Source: the human T2T-CHM13v2.0 reference genome, Homo sapiens
NCBI RefSeq assembly: GCF_009914755.1
Contig: NC_060938.1
Strand: one strand, 5' to 3'
Length of the DNA: 64,000 nt
Within the stretch, counting starts at the first letter, position 1; the number at the start of each line of letters is the position of its first letter. The position numbers and the translations under genes are program-made. A model generated the notes under the pieces. It saw only the letters and a program-made list of their open reading frames with translations, had not been told where the DNA came from and ran no database searches. Of this stretch, positions 48,887-64,000 are shown piece after piece.

Positions 48887-49819
48887 TAATTTGACATTAA
48901 ATTCATGGAGACATTTTGGGGACACAGGAAGATTTAAAAACTACTGAAAAAATAATTTTCTTTTTATTGGCTCAGAAAATACTTTTTGGCACATGAGAAT
49001 CACATGAGAACAAGCTGATGCATAATTCCTCCTGTGATGGAATGTAATAGTAATTTAACAGTGTCCTTTCTTTTTAACTGCCTCAAGGATACAGCAAAAT
49101 AAAACAAAAGCAATATGAAGGCTGAGAATAGGTATCAGATTATCATAAAAAGTATAGATCAAAAGGAATCTGGTGCTAAGGTTGGCGCAGCAGCCTCTAG
49201 AAGCGACAAGGGAGACTTTTAGAACTACCATTCTCCTCTATAAGTGATCCAAGCCCAGGAAAACTTGATATGAGGACATGGCCTTACTGAAATAACCTGT
49301 GATCCACTCGGCCTCATCATCTCCACCACCACCATAAATTTGATGAGTGCCTATAATATGCCAGCCAGTGGAAATACCTGGAAGGTTACTGAAAGGCAAC
49401 AATCAGACAAAAAATAAAGAATACCGTAGGTAAATGCTACAGTAGAGCTGAGAACAAGGTACAATGATGTCAGAAAAAAGGTATAATCAAATCTCTTTGT
49501 GGAATTGGGGAAGGTTATACAAAGGAGAAGACTGAACTGGGTGCTGGAATAATTTTTCTTGATGCTTAGGTAGGGGTAGGGAGACAGGGAAGTAACAGAG
49601 GTACTGGACATGCCAGGCAGAAGAAACAGCAGTACAGGACATGGAAGCAAACAACATGGCAAGTCTGGGGCTCTATAAATATTTCAGTATGGCTTGGTAA
49701 GTAGACTTGGCAATGGGAAAGGCGTAATGGGAGATAGAGTAGGAAAGGCCTAATCACAGAAGGCCTTCTATTCCTGATAAGGACTTTGATCTTGATTCTA
49801 TGGGCAAATTAGAAGCTAC

Positions 49820-50190
49820 TCTGTAAATATTATTACAATGAATTGAATTTAGGTTAAGGAGATTAGCCTTGGTAGTATGGGTATGCTTCATCCAATCAGT
49901 TGAAGGCCTCAAGAGCAAAAACTGAGGTTTCCTGGAGAAGAAACCCTGCCTGAGTTTCCAGCCCGTTGGCCTGCTTTACAGGTATCAGACTTGCCAGCCT
50001 GCCAGCCCCTACAATCACGAGTGAATTCTTAAAATAGATAATATGTATATATATGTCATATATGTATCATATATGTCATATATATGACATGACATATATA
50101 TGTCATGTCATATATATGATATGACATATATATGTCATATCATATGACATATCTCCTAGCGGTTCTGTTTCTTTGGAGGATCGTGATACA
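49820..50190 (+). mobile_element. MLT2-type (ERVL) solo LTR fragment with internal AT-rich repeat
   Basis: CATCCAATCAGTTGAAGGCC...ACTGAGGTTTCC...GGTTCTGTTTCTTTGGAG...TACA. Confidence 0.72.
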
Positions 50191-51279
50191 GAAGTAGAAG
50201 TTAGACTAGAATGGGTCGAGAAGTAAATGAAAGGCAAGAAGAGTCTACAAGTATTAAATACTTTTTTTTACAAAGCTTTTCTATAAAAAGGAGAGCTGCA
50301 GGGCAATAAGACACAGGCAGAGCATCAAGGGAAGTCTGTAAGAATTGTGATAAACTAGCATGTTATACTTGAAATAGAATGGGCTTTGGATTAAGACAAA
50401 TATGAGACTGAATTCAGCGCTACTATTCATAAGCTAAGAAAGTTATGTAGCCCACTGAGCTTCCATCTCTTCATCCGTAAAATATTTGTAGTTTGTTAAA
50501 AGGATTAGATATTATATACAGTACCTGGAATTTAAATAGGGTAACAATTAGTAGCCATTATCATCATTATATTATTAATAAACTTTTAAAAACCTCTCCC
50601 AATAGTAAAGCAGAATTCTTAAAAGAGTGATATACATTTTCAACAATGACATCCTCTTCACGTGCTGAATGGGAAAAGCCAGTGGAACAATGGAAACGGA
50701 AGGCCCAAGAAAAAGAGAAGAGTAATTTAGAGAACAAAGTCCAACAAAATGCAGGGTGAGATGGGGCTAGAATACAAGTTTTAGACAGGAGGAGAGATGT
50801 CCATTCCTATGAAATGGAGGGATAAAGTGAGGCCGAGTAGAGATGAAGACAGATTTGTAAAGGAGGGAGTAGCAAGTGGAGGAAATTCACTCTGGAGAAC
50901 CATAAATTCATCTGTGAATTTATGGTTTTAATTTACCTGCTTTACTTTGCTGGGGAGAGGAAAGACGACAGGCAGAGTAAAATATTAAAGATTTAGAACA
51001 GTAGTATGGAGGCAGTCTAGTACAGTGACTAGGAACCAAGCTGTTGTTTGGATTTGAATTCTGGTTCTGCAAGTTACTCCTAGTATGATCAAAGGCAGGT
51101 TAATTTAACTTCTCTATGCTTCACTTTCTACATCTGTATAATGATGTTAATAATCTCATATACCTCATAGGGTTACTGTGAAGATTAAACGAATTAATGT
51201 ATACGAAAGGTTTAGAACAAGGACGGTCATATAATTTACTCTACAAACTGGGAACCCTTTGAAAATGAAAGAGATGACT

Positions 51280-51418
51280 CGTCATTTACATTAGGTATAT
51301 CTCCTAATGCTATTCCTCCCCCCTCCCCTCACCCCACAACAGGCCTCGGTGTGTGATGTCCCCCTACCTGTGTCCAAGTGTTCTCATTGTTCTAGAACTT
51401 AAAGTACAATAAAAAAAA
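51280..51418. mobile_element. Short 5'-inverted L1PA insertion
   Basis: Antisense L1 3'UTR, then sense CTAGAACTTAAAGTACAAT(A)n; TSD AGAGATGACT. Confidence 0.85.
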
Positions 51419-51964
51419 GGAGAGATGACTATTAAAACTGATAAATGGGTGTTATAATAGGGCTGTTCCAGGCAAATTGGTAGAAGAGTCATTCACCAGC
51501 AACAGTAACTGCTCATATTTAACCAACCCTCATGTAACATTTAGTATTTTGCTGGAAGGTAAGCTCCATGAGGGCAAGGTTTCTTCCATCTATCATTCAC
51601 TGCTGTATCCCTGGAACTTGAACAACATCTGGAACAGAGTAGCAGTTCAAGAAATATTTGTTGAAAGAAAAAATACGCTAAATATCTGTTGTAGGAAACA
51701 GGAGACAGCTGACCAGTGATATACAACATTGCCAAATGGCACTGACAATCCTAAGATATTTAAATTTGCAGTTTAATCAATCTGCTCATTGTATAATTGT
51801 AGCCTGCAGTGTTCAGTATCTGAGGCAACAGATAGGACTACTTCAAGGTTGGAAGACTGAAGAAGGGAAAAATAAAAGGTCAGTTTAGAATGGGACTGTT
51901 CTCCAGTTAGTCTCCTTACAATATTCAGGGAAATGTAACATTTTCTTGGCCCAATTATATGCTT

Positions 51965-55587
<3,623 letters not shown>

Positions 55588-55611
55588 TGAGTTTTTAAAT
55601 TGTTGAAATTA

Positions 55612-55815
55612 GGGATTAGCAACCGTTTTTTGTGAAGGACCAGACAACAAAATATTTTAGGCTTTTCAGGACATATGATCTCTATTGCAACTACTCAACT
55701 CTATCATTGCACAAAAGCAGCCATAACAATATGTACACAAATGGGCATGACTGTGTTCCAATAACATGTTATTTACAAAAACAAATACAGTAGTGGGCCA
55801 TAGTTTGCGACATCT
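55612..55815. mobile_element. MER58A-like hAT element
   Basis: AATATTTTAGGCTTT...GCAACTACTCAACTC...AAAGCAGCCATA...GGGCCATAGTTTGC. Confidence 0.75.
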
Positions 55816-56859
55816 GATACAATCACAATCTCTATAATTAATTGAATCTTCTTGGAAAGATAATTCATTATACTGAAATATTAGACCTGTTGGAACTGTG
55901 TCCCCGAATTCATTTTCTTTTTTCTGACAAATGTATTTATATCCTACCTATTTTAAGGTGCCATCCAACTCTAAAATTCTATGATCCCCAAGATCACCAG
56001 TGAGATAAGAGCATGCCATTAATTAACAAAAATAAAAATGACATTTGGAGGCAAGACAGCTCTGCGGGCATATGCTAGGTAAGAGCAAAAGGGTTAAGCA
56101 GATGTTCTAATGTAAGCTGAAGTGAAGAAATGCTATAAAGACACATGGAAACATCATTTTGCATAGCTTTGAAATATTAAGAAGCAACAGCAGCAAACAG
56201 ACCAATTAGGGCAGAGCAAGTCACTCTCAGAACAACAGTGATTTGCAATTCTACTGTGCAAAGTTCCTTCAGCTACAAACCAAAGAGGTCTTCAAAGGTT
56301 CCCAATGTGTAAAGAATCACTGGTCAGTCTTTCCGTCACATCTACACAGAGGCAGGCATTACAGAGTAATGGTGATATATAAACCAGGGAACCATGATAC
56401 AGTGTGCCTTGTAATAAACAAACGAGACTTTTTTCAGAGGAAACCCAGCTTCATTGCTTTTTAAATCAGAAAAGAAAAGCCTTGAAGTCTATAATTTAAT
56501 ATTTGAATTTCTGAACAGAATGGTGTAATCAATAAATTTTGTCTTATAATTCCAAAATCCAGTGAATATACCCCAAAGAACAAAGCAGTGAAAGGACAGA
56601 AACACAACTTTCTTCAGGATTTGAGATTGTACTGTGCTCAGGAAGAGTACAATAACTTTTAGTCTCAGACACTAAGGTTCATTATTCCTGTACTTTCTTA
56701 AATGAGAGGGGCACTTAAAGGCTTTTAGGAAAACACAAGGATGGAGCATGTCATGAACTACACAGTAAAGGAGAGATTTTGGGGAGGCAATTTAGCTCTT
56801 CTAGTTTGCCAAATCACTTCAATTGGGGGAGGGGAGACCTAGGGATTATTCCAATATTA

Positions 56860-59400
<2,541 letters not shown>

Positions 59401-59735
59401 ATACAAAAGAAGATAAGGGCAGCCGTGGTGGGGTGGCAGAGGTAAAAGTTGTGGAGATGATTAAATGGGTTCAACAGAAGAAGGAACTGAGGGTACCAAG
59501 AAGAAACCTTTTTTTAAAAAGAAGATGGTATATTTTTATGCTAATGGATGATCCACTAGAGAAAGAAAACTGATTATAGAGGGGAGAGGGGGTAGCATTG
59601 CCAGAATAAGTAAGAGTTGGAATAAGAAGAATCTGGTGGAGGAGTTGGCCTCTGTGAGGAACACAGATAGTTCATCCCTTGAATGGGAGGGAAACAATAT
59701 ATGAGCACAGATGCACTTTTAAAGAATAGGATCCA

Positions 59736-60228
59736 ATACCCAAAAGAATATAAATCATTCTACTATAAAGACACTTGCACATGTATGTTTACTGCAGCAC
59801 TATTCACAATAGCAAAGACTTGGAACCAACCCAAATGCCCATCAATGACAGACTGGATAAAGAAAATGTGGCACATATACAGTATGGAATACTATGCAGC
59901 CGTAAAAAAGAATGAGTTCATGTCCTTTGTAGGGACATGGATGAAGCTGGAAACCATCATTCTCAGCAAACTAACACAGGAACAGAAAACCAAATACCAC
60001 CTGTTCTCACTCATAATTGGGAGTTGAACAATGAGAACACATGGACACAGGGAGGGGAACACCACACACTGGGGCCTGTCAGAGAGTTGGGGGCAAGGGG
60101 ACAAATACCTAACACATGCGGGGTTTAAAACCTAGATGACAGGTTGATGGGTGCAGCAAACCACCATGGCACATGTATAACTATGTAACAAACCTGCATG
60201 TTCTGCACATATATCCCAGAACTTAAGG

Positions 60229-60267
<39 letters not shown>
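59736..60267 (+). mobile_element. 5'-truncated L1PA (ORF2 C-terminus, 3'UTR, (AAT)n tail)
   Basis: KDTCTCMFTAALFTIAKTWNQPKCPS...WIKKMWHIY; TSD AATAGGATCCA at 59725-59735 and 60268-60278. Confidence 0.93.
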
Positions 60268-60269
<2 letters not shown>

Positions 60270-61554
60270 TAGGATCCAGAATGAAGATAAGCACTAAGTA
60301 CAAGTTGTCATAGAGGAGAAAATTTAGGAAATATAAAATAGAATGTAGATTTGAATATACTAATTCAAGAGTGGAGTCATAAATGCCATGAAATCCTTTA
60401 CTCTCAGGAATTAGGTTAAAACAACATAACAACATATTACTTTTCAACCATGCATTCTCTAAAACTTAACCATTTCTAATGGTGCCATTTAGCAATTGTA
60501 AAAACATAAAAACTTGAAAAACTATATTTGGCAGTATATTAACAGGATCTGTTAGAACAGATATTATAATATTTTTGGTGATTTTTATACAGTCAGAAGT
60601 GGTTGCTACAAAGAAAAATAAATCAAAGTGACATAACCCAGAGAGGAGTTCACAAACTCAAATGCCTACAAGAATTAAAGGCACATAACAAATGAGTGAA
60701 GCAGGGACAACAGGGAGTTGCAGGGATTGTGGCGAATAGGCAAAGGGCATAGCTGCTACTCAGGTCAGGAAACTGTTGCCACACAGAAAGCATATTGTTT
60801 TGCCAGGTCTGCTAATTCTTAAGATAAATGTCCTACTGAAAAGTAGGATATTTATTGAAAGTTCTCAATGTTTAAAATATTTGCAACTAATTCAAATTTA
60901 TAAACTGTGTGCAGGCCATACAATCCATGTTTGTGGAAGTATTCAGGCCATTGGGCTGTCTAGCGTCCTCTGCATTAGACACTTCTCCATTCATTATAAT
61001 TAAGGCATACCCGAGGAAAGCAGAGGAATGCTTTTTGAATGACAGAACATCAACATGGGGTAGATGAAAGAACTTTGCACTAAGTTTCAGAAAACCTTGC
61101 TTTCAGTGTAGGCACTGCCATTTAGTATTAGCTGGGTGAACTCTCTGAGCTTCTGTTTATTCATTTGTAAAATGCAGTTTCATGAACTACCCTGTCCAAT
61201 TCACTGAACTGTTATGAATGGCAAATTAGAAAGTAGGTCAAAGCACATAATAAACTATAAAGCTCTATATAAATACAAGTAAATGGCTTTAAAAAGAGAT
61301 CTAATAGGGTGGCCTAAGAATATTTCCTGTCTCTATGTTGAGTCAGTTTCTTCATAAAATGGGAATACAGATTACTTAGTTCATAGGGTTCCTCAAATAC
61401 ATTAAAATTATAAAAACATTTTTTCAAATGTTAAGTGCCATGTAATTATTTGGTAATAAAGTATTTGCCTAGTATAGCCAACTATGAATGAAGCTGCATG
61501 TAATAATCCCTAAAAAGCTGAGTGCATTATTGGCTTTCCTAAGGCAATGAGCTA

Positions 61555-63789
<2,235 letters not shown>

Positions 63790-64000
63790 ATTATGTCTTT
63801 TTTTTTTTGAAAGCGAAATACTTATGTGTGAATAAATGTAAGAAAATGATTGCTTATCAGTAGCATATAAATTCAAAGTAGGGAATGATGGTAATGTCAA
63901 ACAACCACAGACTCCACATGGGTGGCTGAGATAGTGATACTTTTGCTTTCTGATGGTTCAATGTACATGAACTTTGTTTCATGCACAAAATTATTTAATT

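Noticed and set aside
49135-49320. Possible box C/D snoRNA (ATGATGA...CTGA on the - strand)
   Set aside because: About 185 nt is long, there is no convincing terminal stem, and no guide sequence is recognisable. A covariance-model search would be needed.
59683-60027. 114-aa ORF with protein-like composition
   Set aside because: C-terminus of L1 ORF2p in a 5'-truncated L1PA copy.

Overview
Primate (human-like, chr14q24 arrangement) genomic DNA containing two convergent genes. The + strand carries the 3' part of PAPLN (papilin): 21 coding exons from 345 to 22097, covering the ADAMTS Cys-rich/spacer region, 4 TSP1 repeats, 3 GCC(P/Y)D Cys repeats, a Kunitz domain, 3 Ig domains and PLAC, with a 3'UTR to about 24060. 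The - strand carries the 3' part of NUMB: 7 coding exons from 47799 down to 26010, with a 3'UTR to about 24640. All exons were joined by hand and splice phases are consistent. The rest is intron, very dense in Alus, with L1, L2, MIR, MER DNA transposons and an MLT2-type LTR. I found no unknown protein-coding gene, RNA gene or CRISPR-like system. The most interesting signals are splicing-architecture oddities. (1) An Alu insertion whose 16-bp target-site duplication copied the NUMB exon-7 splice donor. (2) A PAPLN intronic minisatellite built from its own splice donor and packed with TGACAG/CAGGTG motifs. (3) A PAPLN exon that can be read in two frames, which would swap out a triple-RGD cluster. 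(4) Four alternating Alus around the cancer-regulated NUMB cassette exon. (5) A rare GAG acceptor on a skippable NUMB exon. (6) A candidate stop-containing NUMB exon. NUMB exon numbers and repeat family names come from recall of known annotation and consensus sequences, and repeat boundaries are approximate.
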